Below are positions 1-10,642 of a stretch of 64,000 nucleotides of DNA, in pieces. The stretch spans positions 75,059 to 139,058 of IMG/VR virus record IMGVR_UViG_3300032331_000527; one strand, 5' to 3'. Both the position numbers and the translations under genes were made by a program. A model generated the notes under the pieces. That model saw only the letters and a program-made list of their open reading frames with translations. It was not told the origin of the DNA and did not search any database. The stretch is from a virus. Each line of letters opens with the position of its first letter. The stretch's first letter is position 1.

Positions 1-1383
1 GATGATTCTAAAGTCGTTGTTAGTAGGGAACGTTTCCGATTCTGAACCAGCAGTACGAACGTTAAACATAACAGACGTTCCGTATAGCTCATCAACTGGG
101 TCCGAACCGTGTCCGCCTAAAGGAGAAATGACTGGTCTAGCTGTAGCACCGTATCCATTATTAGACGTGATCGTTACGTTAGCTGACGAATATGAACGTC
201 CTTGATTAATGATCTTAATGTATTTAATTTGTCCACCAGTTGTATTCGACACATACGCAGTCGCGCGAGAGTCAATTGTTCCTCCAGAATCACCTCGAAT
301 CGTAACGAGAGGAGAGATAATATAACGACTCGAAGTTGTTGGTGTTGTAGAAAAAGCAGAGTTAACGATCAGAGTATTATTAGAACCATAATACTTCGTG
401 ATTTTTCTATACTCGCCAGCACCAGCACCTTCACTGATAAACAATCCGGATCCCGTCCATACGCCGTCCGCCTGAAGAGAATTTGATTTTAACGTGAACG
501 CAACCGTGTTGACAATCGCAGAAAAAAGATTTGACGTTGCAATATAATTAGTACCATTAGCCAACATATTAACGTGATGGATTGCGCCATTAGCTGCGTT
601 TGTTTGTACGCTCCATTGTGAAGAACCGTCATTGCTCTTCAGAGTTTTAACAGGAATAAAATCTGTTGAACGGAACTTGATGATTTCACCAGCCGTTACT
701 GTGTACATATATTTCCAACGATATTTATCAGCAGTTATAATGATCGAAGATGGATCCGTACCAGTTGGTTTATAATACGAATTCGCACCGCGATTGTTAT
801 CGATGCACTTATAGACGTTGGAATCATCAGTAAAGACAAAAAACTCTTTGTTATACAAAGCATAATCTGTGTCATCGTATTTATCGTAATAATGATTGTA
901 CGCCCAATTATAACGATAACATACGTGTGTAGCATCAGAAACTTGCACTTTTTTCAGAGAAATCATATTACGCCAAATATCATAATATAAGTTTTGATAG
1001 CTATCTTCTACTTCAGGCGGATCTTGTTCTGAAAAAAGTTTACGGATATATGCGTTAGCGCCTGTCGTATTAGAACCATTCGGACGAGGCGATACGATCA
1101 TTGTTTGTGCTGTTTTTATTGAAACAACACGTACAGTTTGAGTTTGATTCGTAACGCCTACATAATCACCGACAGCTAATTCAGTATTGAATAAAGTACC
1201 TTGTCCAACAATCGTGTTGCTTGTGTAATTAGTTTTCACCTTTCCAGTCAAAGGAATGCTATTCGCAAGCGCATAGCTCTTCGCGATGAAAAGATAATAG
1301 TTAGTAGGATTGCTTTCACTCACCGATTCAAACATCTGAATCGCTTGATGAACCTTAAAATGACGAGGTACTAATACTGACAT
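1..1383 (-). CDS. gp8: Baseplate wedge subunit gp8 (3' end runs off window)
   Basis: Manual translation from ATG at 1383: MSVLVPRHFKVHQAIQMFES...ADKYRWKYMYTV...ISPLGGHGSDPVDEL...NNDFRII. Motifs are typical of T4-like gp8 and the gene sits downstream of gp6/gp7. Absent from the ORF track because it has no stop in the window. Confidence 0.88.
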   Translation of the reverse strand, partial: MSVLVPRHFKVHQAIQMFESVSESNPTNYYLFIAKSYALANSIPLTGKVKTNYTSNTIVGQGTLFNTELAVGDYVGVTNQTQTVRVVSIKTAQTMIVSPRPNGSNTTGANAYIRKLFSEQDPPEVEDSYQNLYYDIWRNMISLKKVQVSDATHVCYRYNWAYNHYYDKYDDTDYALYNKEFFVFTDDSNVYKCIDNNRGANSYYKPTGTDPSSIIITADKYRWKYMYTVTAGEIIKFRSTDFIPVKTLKSNDGSSQWSVQTNAANGAIHHVNMLANGTNYIATSNLFSAIVNTVAFTLKSNSLQADGVWTGSGLFISEGAGAGEYRKITKYYGSNNTLIVNSAFSTTPTTSSRYIISPLVTIRGDSGGTIDSRATAYVSNTTGGQIKYIKIINQGRSYSSANVTITSNNGYGATARPVISPLGGHGSDPVDELYGTSVMFNVRTAGSESETFPTNNDFRII

Positions 1384-1386
1384 TTA

Positions 1387-1983
1387 TTAGGCAGACGCTG
1401 TGTAGGTAATGTTAACAACGTCACCAGAAGCGATCGTCTTATCTCCACCAGTGAACAAACCAGCTGAATAAAGGACGCCAGAAAAGCCACCTTTCTTAGC
1501 AGCACCACCACCAACACCACCACTATTGTTATTGGCCATAAGGAACGTACCCTTAACTGTGTTAGCTGAAGTGATAGAGTATACTGCAGCCGTTGATGTA
1601 GCTTTTGAACCGCTTGCTGCAACAGAAAATGTAGGCTGAGGACGAGCAGGTTGTGAATAACCGAAGAATTCTGTCCAACCCGTATGGGAGTTTGCAGTAT
1701 CGCCGACGGCAACTGCTGTGTAGCTGGTTGAGCTGATCATTCCGAGGAACACCTTACCACCAGCAACTCCTGAATATGTGTTGCTCGCTAGATATGTGTT
1801 CAGAAGATGATTCTTACCCTGTGTAGTCACGAGATTGTCGAATTCTTCTTCCCACTTAAGATTTCCTTGTACGTCAAAGCACTTTGCTGTATACTTTCCT
1901 GTTATATTAACTGATTCCACTTCCTTAGCTCCTCTGATAACTGAAGCATCTGCGGCTTCCATCGGTTTAATAAGTTCTGACAT
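1387..1983 (-). CDS. Hypothetical virion structural protein
   Basis: 198 aa ORF tightly packed between gp7 and gp8, with a NLVTTQG motif common in phage baseplate/fibre-associated proteins. Confidence 0.6.
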   Translation of the reverse strand: MSELIKPMEAADASVIRGAKEVESVNITGKYTAKCFDVQGNLKWEEEFDNLVTTQGKNHLLNTYLASNTYSGVAGGKVFLGMISSTSYTAVAVGDTANSHTGWTEFFGYSQPARPQPTFSVAASGSKATSTAAVYSITSANTVKGTFLMANNNSGGVGGGAAKKGGFSGVLYSAGLFTGGDKTIASGDVVNITYTASA

Positions 1984-2013
1984 TTTGTCTCCTATGCGTA
2001 TTTATACTGTTTG

Positions 2014-4959
2014 TTATGGAACTGAACTGTACCAGATTCTCGTATTCGCTGAAACAGGGTCGAAATTGGTGCGAATCGTGAATGCTGTATTTGAGAAGAT
2101 CGCATTGACCTGATATATTGGAGATCCACCGACAGGAACACCAGCTGTTGTAATGATATATAGGTTGGAACCAACATCACCAACCGAAACAGTACCAGTG
2201 TTGGCTTTAAGCGCACCGTTTGCGAATTTCGCGCCGATTGAACCCGAAGTAACAAGGCGCGGAGTCCCGTCCAGAGCGCCAACAGGAACGCCAGCATAAG
2301 GAGCAATTTGAGAACTTGCATATACTGAAATGATATTGTTTGCATATTGAACAACACCATATATGCCAGACATAAGGGCAAATCGTTGTCCCTGATGCGT
2401 AGCAGCAGCGGTAATCGTTTCAGTGATCTGAGTGTTAGCTGTGTAGGTCGCAGTATGTGTAGCAGTTGAAGTAACAGACTCAGAAGCGAACGTGTTAGCT
2501 GTGTATACACCAATCGCAGATTCTGTTGCTGTAATAGATTCAGTTGCGAACGTGTTAGCTATGAACGTTGCTGCATGTGTAGCAATCGAAGTTATCGTTT
2601 CAGTAGCGAACGTGTTAGCTGTATATGTAGCTGTATGTGCGGCAGTCGAAGTGACAGATTCTGTAGCGAACGTGTTAGCTGTATATGTAGCTGTATGTGC
2701 GGCAGTCGAAGTGACAGATTCAGAAGCAAACGTATTAGCAATATAAGTGACAGAATGAGCAGCAGTTGCTGTAATAGATTCAGAAGCGAATGTGTTAGCT
2801 GTATAGGTGACTGAATGTGTGTCAGTTGATGTTACAGATTCTGTGGCAAACGTGTTAGCTGTGTATGTAGCTGTATGAGCAGCAGTTGATGTTACAGATT
2901 CTGTGGCGAATGTGTTAGCTGTGTATACGCCAGTATGTGTAGCAGCTGCTGTAATAGCTTCTGTTACATTTATACCACCAGTGTATGACGCAAGAGCAGA
3001 AGGAGTATCTGTAGCCACAATTTTTTCTACGATATTGCGGCGAGTAACAACAGCTGAGCTATCAATAACTGTAGGATCGAGTGTGATACCTGATGAATGG
3101 ATATAGTCGCCAAACATCTTTGTTCCTGCTGGATGCAGCAACGCTTTGACGATGTCTTTATATTTTTCTACCGTTTCAGTTAGACGAAGAACGTAAGAGA
3201 ATTCTTGATAGTAATAGTTGTCCTGGAGTCGATTGTTCCAGCTCAAGAATCCCTTCGTGTCGAGATAACGACCTGGGAACGAAACGAATCCAGAAGGTTT
3301 AACTGAAGAGTATGAATTAAACGTCTTCTTACGAATTGTGTATTTCGTATTCGCGGCTCCGCTCACGCGAGATCCTGTGTAAGAATCTGTTATTAGCGTG
3401 TTACCCTGAGTCGTATTGATAATCGTAGCACGACCAGTTTTATTGAAATCTGCGCCAGGACTTACTATTGCAATTTTTACGATTGCACCTGGTGCATTGT
3501 TTGTCGTGACAACGCAGTTGTTTCCAAGAACGTTGCCATACGTGTCAGCAAGATTAAGCTTGGAAATGCTATCGTCAACGATACGAATTGTAGGTAGAGT
3601 CGTATATCCATATCCAGGATTTGAAATAGCGATAGCATTGATACTGAAAATATCTGTGCTGCTGTAGTTCAACGCAGAAACAATTCGTGTTGAAATGTTG
3701 GCACCAGCCAATCCAATATATGCGTTAGCACCAGAACCAGCTATAGTAACTGTTGGAGTGAAGGCAGAAATGAAAGCTGTTGCGTTAACAATAGAATGAA
3801 CACGCATTGTGTTGGCTGATCCGAACACGCGGACCAGATTTCCAACTGCTAATTGATTAACAAAACTTGTTCCTACACCAATAACGGTATTTGATACAGA
3901 AGATAATTTTACTGCGCCTGATAGTTTTCTGTAAACAGTAGATGTATTCGCAACACCACCAGAAACAGGTCTAGCAAAAAATTGAGAATTGAGACGCACG
4001 TTTCTAACAGAACCAATTAGATCTGTGTTGATATTAAGACCAGAAATAGGCTCGGAACTAAACGAAGCGATAGTGGCTTCAAATCCAGTACCGTTTCCCC
4101 CTGAAATAATTAAGCGTGTATTTTCTTTTGTGTATCCGTTACCGCCCTTAGCAACTTTAGCTGTTACGGCACTTTTGTTTGAAACTTCTGTGATTCTTCC
4201 GATAGCTGCTTGAGTTGAACCAGCACCATCGATACTAACTTGTTCGCCTTGTGTGTGATAAGCTCCACCGTCAATAACACCGACTTCAATAAGCGATCCC
4301 GTTTGAGCATTAACCGTTACGAAATTATCTGTATTGTCAATGTCAACAACACGCTCACCATCGGAAAAGTTTCCAACGATCTGCTCTAGTGACATATCAT
4401 AAACTGTTAGACCAGAAGCATCTTTACAAAGAATATCCTGCACGTATGCAGTAGCACCAGATACTACGCCTCGAATTCTTCTACCTTCAAATAAACGAGG
4501 ATTTTCGCTAACAGGATCACCGACACGAAGACGAATTTCTTTAGTCCATCGTCCGTCAGAAGCGCGAAGAATATCATCGCCTGGATAGTAAAATTCTAGC
4601 TCTTTATTAAAGAGTGCACGGAACAGGAATTTATATGATTCTTGTGAACCACGAGCGCGATAAAACTCACGAATATGTTTGGCTAATAGGCGTTTGTTGG
4701 CAAGAACAGATCCTGGAATATTAACCATGAACTCTTTACGAAAATATTCAACAAAAGAATCGACTGTTCTGTCTATGTCTTGATTATCAATAAGAGAACG
4801 TGCTTCGTAGACAGGACTACCTGGTTGCTCCATATATTCAAAATAAGCTTTAAGGAACGCAACAAATTGCGGACCTTCCTCACGAACGAAACCAGGAAAC
4901 TGTGTTTCGACCTGTGAAGAAATCTTTTTGAATAGTTCCTGTGAGCCAGCTATTGCCAT
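2014..4959 (-). CDS. gp7: Baseplate wedge initiator gp7-like protein with C-terminal repeat extension
   Basis: N-terminal FLKAYFEY...FYRARGSQESYKFLFRALF...ASDGRW and LQDNYYYQEFSYVL...LHPAGTKMFG motifs. Follows gp6. Confidence 0.82.
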   Translation of the reverse strand: MAIAGSQELFKKISSQVETQFPGFVREEGPQFVAFLKAYFEYMEQPGSPVYEARSLIDNQDIDRTVDSFVEYFRKEFMVNIPGSVLANKRLLAKHIREFYRARGSQESYKFLFRALFNKELEFYYPGDDILRASDGRWTKEIRLRVGDPVSENPRLFEGRRIRGVVSGATAYVQDILCKDASGLTVYDMSLEQIVGNFSDGERVVDIDNTDNFVTVNAQTGSLIEVGVIDGGAYHTQGEQVSIDGAGSTQAAIGRITEVSNKSAVTAKVAKGGNGYTKENTRLIISGGNGTGFEATIASFSSEPISGLNINTDLIGSVRNVRLNSQFFARPVSGGVANTSTVYRKLSGAVKLSSVSNTVIGVGTSFVNQLAVGNLVRVFGSANTMRVHSIVNATAFISAFTPTVTIAGSGANAYIGLAGANISTRIVSALNYSSTDIFSINAIAISNPGYGYTTLPTIRIVDDSISKLNLADTYGNVLGNNCVVTTNNAPGAIVKIAIVSPGADFNKTGRATIINTTQGNTLITDSYTGSRVSGAANTKYTIRKKTFNSYSSVKPSGFVSFPGRYLDTKGFLSWNNRLQDNYYYQEFSYVLRLTETVEKYKDIVKALLHPAGTKMFGDYIHSSGITLDPTVIDSSAVVTRRNIVEKIVATDTPSALASYTGGINVTEAITAAATHTGVYTANTFATESVTSTAAHTATYTANTFATESVTSTDTHSVTYTANTFASESITATAAHSVTYIANTFASESVTSTAAHTATYTANTFATESVTSTAAHTATYTANTFATETITSIATHAATFIANTFATESITATESAIGVYTANTFASESVTSTATHTATYTANTQITETITAAATHQGQRFALMSGIYGVVQYANNIISVYASSQIAPYAGVPVGALDGTPRLVTSGSIGAKFANGALKANTGTVSVGDVGSNLYIITTAGVPVGGSPIYQVNAIFSNTAFTIRTNFDPVSANTRIWYSSVP
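2390..2990 (-). repeat. ~9-10 tandem 60-bp repeats encoding a 20-aa unit (TANTFATESVTSTAAHTATY)
   Basis: Sequence lines 2461-2941 show an obvious 60-bp period (cgtgttagctgtatatgtagctgtatgtgc...). Confidence 0.93.
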
Positions 4960-6842
4960 TAGTAGCTATACAACTTTGCTGTTGGTGTTAATATGGTAGC
5001 AGTTTGTCCTGTAGTATCAATGTTTGAAGCAGAAGCTAATACTTTACCAGTTTTATCGTCAATGATATTAACATGGCTCTGAGAGATCAATAGAATCTGA
5101 TTGCGAATCGGCTGAACATTTACCTCAACTGGTGCTACGATAATAGAGATACCAGAATTTTCGAATGATGTAGGCAAGAAATTGTTAATAGTAACAACAC
5201 CCGTATCGTAATCAACAGTTCCTGCGTTCGAAATAACGTATACTCTACCTAATGTTGCAGCAGCAGATTTATAGTATGCACGAATTCTTCCATATCCATT
5301 ATCATCGAAGAAGCATTCTTGTCCGCCATATACGAATGGTGAAGAAGTCAAGCAGCCATAAGCAACAGAGCTTCCTGCTCCATTTTTATCACCAAGTCTT
5401 TGAATCGCGCAGTTAAATTTAAGAGTATAAGTTCCTAGCATCAGAGTTGATGGTGTGAAGAGTTTCTTCAAACGAATATGTGCTGTCGTTGTTTGAAATG
5501 AATCGTTTCCTCCATCAATATAGCTCAAGAATCGCGAGAATCTAAAACTCTTTGAGAATGTGGAAAGATATGATTCTTCAAAAGCCATAATGCTATCCGC
5601 AACAACAGTTGCTAACTCGCCTGGAGTTAATGATGTTGCGTTCATGTTGTATCTCACATCAACGTATGGCACAATATACATGTATGTGGGATCAACGATT
5701 TGTGTATCAATCGATTGAACATTATACTTACGAATAGAATTTCTGATTTCGTCTTTGCGATTCTTAGAAAACAGAATACCGGATTTAGGTTTCGCGCATA
5801 CGAATACTTTACCGTAGATAGGCGGATCGTTTTCTTCTCCACCCCAAACACTAATAGCTTGAATGTCTGGGTTGTCGCGAAGAAGAATACGCTCGTAATC
5901 TGGCGCAGTCACAGAACGATTTTGTGTTTCATATCCTCGAGGAGCATTAAATCTTACTGATTCAATTCCTTCGATTTCAGCTCCACCAGATGAACGTCCG
6001 ATTGAAGTCACGCGAATTGAAGATTGGCCGTCGATAGTAGGATTGACAATAGAAAAACTATTTGCGCCGTTCGGAGCACTACCAGAACACACACGATAAT
6101 CTATAGCGACGATACTATTCGTTGGTGGTTGTTTACCAAAAATTCCGTCTCCGAAATATACCTTATAACGCTGTTGTCTATCAGCTTCTGTATAGAAAAC
6201 TTGACTGCTGCTATTTACACTAAACACATCATCAACCAAAATGTATGGCTGAACGTTACCAGAAGAAGTGACGGTCACAGAGATACTTGAAGTATCTACG
6301 TTATCATTTGGAAGGATGAATGCTGTGTTTGATGTACGATTATAAACGTATCTGTGTATCAATGGTTGACCTTCAACAATACGAATATAATCAGCAAATC
6401 CTCCACTTGAATTTGCTGATATCGTATAAGTCTGTGGTGCCACGAAATTGTAAAGAGAGTTGTTTACGATGGCACTGAAACGTGTATTCTTAGGGACACG
6501 AATCGAACGGAAAACACCATTCGATTGACTCATCGTAAAAGTGAGCTGAATGTTCGCGCTAGATCCGCGAGCGCTTGTGGGTGTGTATCCAAGCTTCTTC
6601 GCGTGCGAGACTACGCTATCATACTGCTGTGCTGTGTCAATGAACGACTCGTTAGTAGCCATATTGACATAGAAAGCATTATAGTATGTGTTGTATGCTA
6701 GAAGATCAAGCAGAGTTCCGATAGCCGAGTCATCCAGATCGTAATCTGTGAACTCTGGTTTAGAAGCGACGTAGTTGCGTAGATTACCACGAATCGTGTC
6801 GAAATCTAAGCCCGTTACAACGATATCTGTTTTCGCAGCCAT
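4959..6842 (-). CDS. gp6: Baseplate wedge subunit gp6
   Basis: LDFDTIR...FTDYD...LLDLLAYNTYYNAFY...QNRSVTAPDY...WGGEENDPPIYGKVF motifs. Confidence 0.95.
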   Translation of the reverse strand: MAAKTDIVVTGLDFDTIRGNLRNYVASKPEFTDYDLDDSAIGTLLDLLAYNTYYNAFYVNMATNESFIDTAQQYDSVVSHAKKLGYTPTSARGSSANIQLTFTMSQSNGVFRSIRVPKNTRFSAIVNNSLYNFVAPQTYTISANSSGGFADYIRIVEGQPLIHRYVYNRTSNTAFILPNDNVDTSSISVTVTSSGNVQPYILVDDVFSVNSSSQVFYTEADRQQRYKVYFGDGIFGKQPPTNSIVAIDYRVCSGSAPNGANSFSIVNPTIDGQSSIRVTSIGRSSGGAEIEGIESVRFNAPRGYETQNRSVTAPDYERILLRDNPDIQAISVWGGEENDPPIYGKVFVCAKPKSGILFSKNRKDEIRNSIRKYNVQSIDTQIVDPTYMYIVPYVDVRYNMNATSLTPGELATVVADSIMAFEESYLSTFSKSFRFSRFLSYIDGGNDSFQTTTAHIRLKKLFTPSTLMLGTYTLKFNCAIQRLGDKNGAGSSVAYGCLTSSPFVYGGQECFFDDNGYGRIRAYYKSAAATLGRVYVISNAGTVDYDTGVVTINNFLPTSFENSGISIIVAPVEVNVQPIRNQILLISQSHVNIIDDKTGKVLASASNIDTTGQTATILTPTAKLYSY

Positions 6843-7261
6843 TAGCGGACCTTATTTAAGTTGACGTCTACTACAACGTCTGCAAGTGTAATTGCGTTGC
6901 GATAACTAATCGTAACGGAAAGAGAATTCATATCAGGATATTCTTTCACTGAAACAGAGAACGAATCTAATATAGCACGAGGCTCGTAGTTTTTGATAAC
7001 AGTCTTAAGGCGCGATTCAAAGTCGGATCTATCAATGCTATCAAACAAATCGAAAAGGCGTCTACGGATATCTCCACCATACTCTGGGCGAAAAGGACGC
7101 TCATACTTATTCGTTAATATCAAATTTTTAAGAGCTTGCTTAACGGCGTCATCATCTTTCTTAACGAGCAATTTACCCGTAGAAGGATGACTACGAAATG
7201 AAAGATCAAAATCCTTACTCGTTACCTTTTTTAGTGACGTTGGCAGAACTCTTTTTTGCAT
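6842..7261 (-). CDS. gp25: Baseplate wedge subunit gp25
   Basis: DFDLSF..HP...AVKQALKNLILTNKYERPFRPEYG...YEPR. Confidence 0.93.
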   Translation of the reverse strand: MQKRVLPTSLKKVTSKDFDLSFRSHPSTGKLLVKKDDDAVKQALKNLILTNKYERPFRPEYGGDIRRRLFDLFDSIDRSDFESRLKTVIKNYEPRAILDSFSVSVKEYPDMNSLSVTISYRNAITLADVVVDVNLNKVR

Positions 7262-7299
7262 TTAGATATCCCTTTTTCTTATTTATTCAGAAAAAAGTC

Positions 7300-7328
7300 T
7301 TGACAAGCGTCTACTTTACCATTATAAT
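7300..7328 (+). promoter_or_regulatory. Perfect sigma70-type promoter, antisense to the late baseplate genes
   Basis: TTGACA (7300-7305), N17, TATAAT (7323-7328), with an A-tract upstream. Confidence 0.75.
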
Positions 7329-7355
7329 AAGAATTGTATTCAACGGGTCATAATA

Positions 7356-8858
7356 TCAACAATAAGTCTTATTCGCAGCTACATCAGCCGCAATTAATTG
7401 CTCGCGAGCAGCAGTTAGTTCATCATCCTCTTCGATAATACACAAAGCTTCGAGTACGCTCATCGTAGGTTTGATTCTAGGATACTTTTTCGTTAATGTT
7501 TGATAGCTGCAAGAAGTGAGTTTTGTATAGTCAACCATTGCGAGTAGTTCTTGAGTATGCATCTCGACCTTAGCAGCCAAATCCATACGTTGCTGTTCGA
7601 GTTGAGCCATCTTCGTTTCACGACCATATCCTCCGCTACTCCAATTCACGGAGTTGGCATTACCGACAAGTTTATTTCCATATGAAGTAGCGGATGCCGA
7701 CTTCGCAACTAATGGCGTCTGAGGAGCAATCGTAGCTTGCATTCCCATAAACATAGATAATGGTTGCTTTAAGCTAGACATAGCTCCTGCTGCAGCTCCT
7801 TCAGCAAACAGATTCTTCATCTCGATTGGTTTCTTTGGCTTAGGAGGTTTAGCTGTTTTAACTGCATTCATAGCGTCCATAGTAGGTGTTCTTCCGGGCA
7901 TTGGAAGAAGCTTTGACAATCCACCAGCGAGCGCCATATTAGGAACCATAGAACCTATATTAAATCCTGCGCCACCAAGAGCGCCTGTGATAGCACCAGC
8001 AACCATTTTTCCTGCGATGGCATTAACATTGATCATAGGAAACTGCTGTTTGATCCCTGCTGCTTGTGCTGCGAATGCTATTGGATTACTAGCCATATCA
8101 GCTAAACTTGCAACCTGACTTTGCAAGCTAACAACATTCGCAAGAGCATCGGCTCCAGGTATGTCAGAAAGAAAACTTCCTCCGACTGATTTAAAAAGAG
8201 CAGAAGCTGGGCCGCTAATCATTCCTTGAAGTGTTGCTTTGACAGAAACAATTTGATTCACAATATCTGCAGCACCATTCATCTTGAACGGAAGACTTTT
8301 CATCACACCACCAATAGCGCCTTTAACAGCTTCTACTGGTCCATCTAATCCTGGAGGCATAAAACCAGAAGCGATTCCACCAAGAGCGCCACCAATTCCT
8401 CCTCCAAGAGCACCACTTAATACGCCACCAACAGAACCACTTAATGCTCCACCTAACGCAGCTCCTGCGCCAGCTCCGCTTAAAATATCACCAGCAAGTC
8501 CACCAACTGTATTACCCATAACGTCTTTAAGCGCTCCGCTACTTACAGCAGCTTGCAATGCAGTAGCAACAGCTCCGCCAGCTAGTGCTGCTCCTATGTT
8601 TCCCGTGAGCGCATGCGAGATAGAAGGATCCATCTGAAATCTTGTTGGTGGTCTATATCCGAGTGGATCTGCCATCATATTTCTAGCGACTTCTAAATCA
8701 AGAAGTTCAGGATGATCGCGAGTTAACGTATCAATCTGATCCATAATAACATCTAGACCAGTATATTGATAATCAACACAATTAATCGTAACAATAGTAC
8801 CAGGAATGATGCCTGGATATGTTTGTGATAGCTGTGTGTCTATTGTAAGTTGATCCAT
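7356..8858 (-). CDS. Gly/Ala-rich hypothetical protein (probable virion protein) downstream of gp5
   Basis: 500 aa ORF with GGALG/GGAAG repeats, in a late operon. Confidence 0.65.
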   Translation of the reverse strand: MDQLTIDTQLSQTYPGIIPGTIVTINCVDYQYTGLDVIMDQIDTLTRDHPELLDLEVARNMMADPLGYRPPTRFQMDPSISHALTGNIGAALAGGAVATALQAAVSSGALKDVMGNTVGGLAGDILSGAGAGAALGGALSGSVGGVLSGALGGGIGGALGGIASGFMPPGLDGPVEAVKGAIGGVMKSLPFKMNGAADIVNQIVSVKATLQGMISGPASALFKSVGGSFLSDIPGADALANVVSLQSQVASLADMASNPIAFAAQAAGIKQQFPMINVNAIAGKMVAGAITGALGGAGFNIGSMVPNMALAGGLSKLLPMPGRTPTMDAMNAVKTAKPPKPKKPIEMKNLFAEGAAAGAMSSLKQPLSMFMGMQATIAPQTPLVAKSASATSYGNKLVGNANSVNWSSGGYGRETKMAQLEQQRMDLAAKVEMHTQELLAMVDYTKLTSCSYQTLTKKYPRIKPTMSVLEALCIIEEDDELTAAREQLIAADVAANKTYC

Positions 8859-8869
8859 TATTATACCTT

Positions 8870-9739
8870 TTAACTTGGCAGAGTTTTACCGACGGGAGCA
8901 ATAAGACCAGCGGTATCTAGCTGTGTACCACCATCTGTTTTCGATAATACTTTACCACCAGCGCCTAAGATGATATCTGTTGTAGAAGAGAACACACCAG
9001 CTTTATATCCTTTAGACCAAATGAATACCGGCAGAGCACCTGTAGAAGTACATTGGATACAGTATGCGTCAGTGATAAACGTTCCTGTTTGTCCTGACAT
9101 CTGAACTTGTTCAGCTGAAGTCAATCCTAGAATTCCACCAGCTCCAAGTCCAATCTGTCCAACAGCTACGATTTGATGCATCTTACCAGTGAGTGTAGCG
9201 TTGTCTCCTGAAACAGTTTGTGTGTTATCTCCACCGACAGTCTGATCTAGATCTTTGTTGATAGTGTCTATCTTCTTGCCGCCAGTGATTTCTTCGCGAT
9301 CGCCAGATGTACGATGAGATGTTTTACCATTGACCTGTATACGTTGATCTCCACCAGATTCAATGATATGCTTTCCAGAAGACTTAACACGGAACTCGCC
9401 GTGAGTTACAATTTCGTAATTACCTTTGACTTCGTGCTTTAGATTTCCAGTGACGTGCATAATAGCATTTCCATCAACAGTGATATTGAAATCACCTCCA
9501 GAAATCTTTTCTACTTTACCTTTATTAAACCATTCTTGCGTCTCGCCTTGATTCTTGGCGATACGTGCTCCGTCGTCTTTAATTTCAATGAACGTACCAG
9601 AAGCATGATATATGTGGATGCGTCTGTCGCCTGGAGTATTATCAAACTCAACTTTATGACCAGCTTCAGTCGTGTATGAGTGATTCCCAAGATACTGAGA
9701 CTTATCGCCACCTGGATCTTGTTCTTTTTTCTTAGCCAT
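8870..9739 (-). CDS. gp5: gp5 C-terminal (beta-helix needle) part
   Basis: YLGNHSYTTEAGHKVEFDNTPGDRRIHIYHASGTFIEI followed by 8-residue VxG repeats. Confidence 0.85.
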   Translation of the reverse strand: MAKKKEQDPGGDKSQYLGNHSYTTEAGHKVEFDNTPGDRRIHIYHASGTFIEIKDDGARIAKNQGETQEWFNKGKVEKISGGDFNITVDGNAIMHVTGNLKHEVKGNYEIVTHGEFRVKSSGKHIIESGGDQRIQVNGKTSHRTSGDREEITGGKKIDTINKDLDQTVGGDNTQTVSGDNATLTGKMHQIVAVGQIGLGAGGILGLTSAEQVQMSGQTGTFITDAYCIQCTSTGALPVFIWSKGYKAGVFSSTTDIILGAGGKVLSKTDGGTQLDTAGLIAPVGKTLPS

Positions 9740-9748
9740 TATTCATCC

Positions 9749-10642
9749 TTATCCAAATACGCTACCGACGCCTGAATCGCCGGGATTATTTTCAATCAGT
9801 GCTTTAGTTTCATCTGGCGCTGCTCTCATTTCAGGTGTAGAACTAGCAGCTTCAATTTCAGCAGAAGAAATGCTTGCTGGTTCAGGAGGAACATCTGGCA
9901 CAGTTTCATTATATCCAGTATAGTTACCCATCTGATCATATATTGGCGCACCTTGTTCCACTTTCGCAGACGCAAGATTATCTTGTGCTTCTTCTGCTTT
10001 AGCCGGTTCTATCTTATCTGGTTTGAGTGGAGTACCGCCCGATGGATCTGTAGCTCCGAATGGATGTTTCTCAGGCGGAACAGGAATCTCGTCTACAGTT
10101 TGTTTTTTACTCTTAACGCGAGGATCCTCTTTACGTTCTTTACTTCCTCGCGCAACAAGAGAAGTCGATGATTGATCATCTTGCGTCGGGTGTACTGATG
10201 GACTAGGTCCACCAACTCCACCATTACCAAACAGCGCTTCCAATGCTCCCATCAATGCAGCAACAGTAGCAGCTTTTTGTTTTAATTTTGTCTTACTTGG
10301 TCCTTTAGGATTATATACAGGAGGAAGAATCGTTAGTTCGTTTTTTGATGTGTCTGTGTCAACAGTCTGATTTGTGTTGATATCATAGATGTTGGCTTCT
10401 ACCTCATATGTTCCAGGAAACATTGGAGTATCGATATGCAATTTCCATTTGTATAATCCAGGATATGTCGTATTTTCTAAACCTAGATTTCCTTCAAACA
10501 AATAATATGCGTTGTAATTGACAATGATCTCTAGGTCTTCGAATGCATTGCCTAAATCATCAAATCTAGTAAATGCTGCGAACCCCGTAATCGTAGGCAC
10601 GTTGTTAGCAGTTGTCATTTTTCTTACAGTTATTCTAGCCAT
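9749..10642 (-). CDS. Hypothetical protein (Ig-like N-terminus) between the two gp5 halves
   Basis: 297 aa ORF. PTITG...WKL...PGTYEVEA suggests an Ig-like fold. Acidic low-complexity tail. Confidence 0.6.
   Translation of the reverse strand: MARITVRKMTTANNVPTITGFAAFTRFDDLGNAFEDLEIIVNYNAYYLFEGNLGLENTTYPGLYKWKLHIDTPMFPGTYEVEANIYDINTNQTVDTDTSKNELTILPPVYNPKGPSKTKLKQKAATVAALMGALEALFGNGGVGGPSPSVHPTQDDQSSTSLVARGSKERKEDPRVKSKKQTVDEIPVPPEKHPFGATDPSGGTPLKPDKIEPAKAEEAQDNLASAKVEQGAPIYDQMGNYTGYNETVPDVPPEPASISSAEIEAASSTPEMRAAPDETKALIENNPGDSGVGSVFG

Noticed and set aside
2390-2990. 60-bp periodic repeats as a CRISPR array or DGR
   Set aside because: No unique spacers, in-frame coding repeat with mostly synonymous or conservative variation, and no cas or RT gene.
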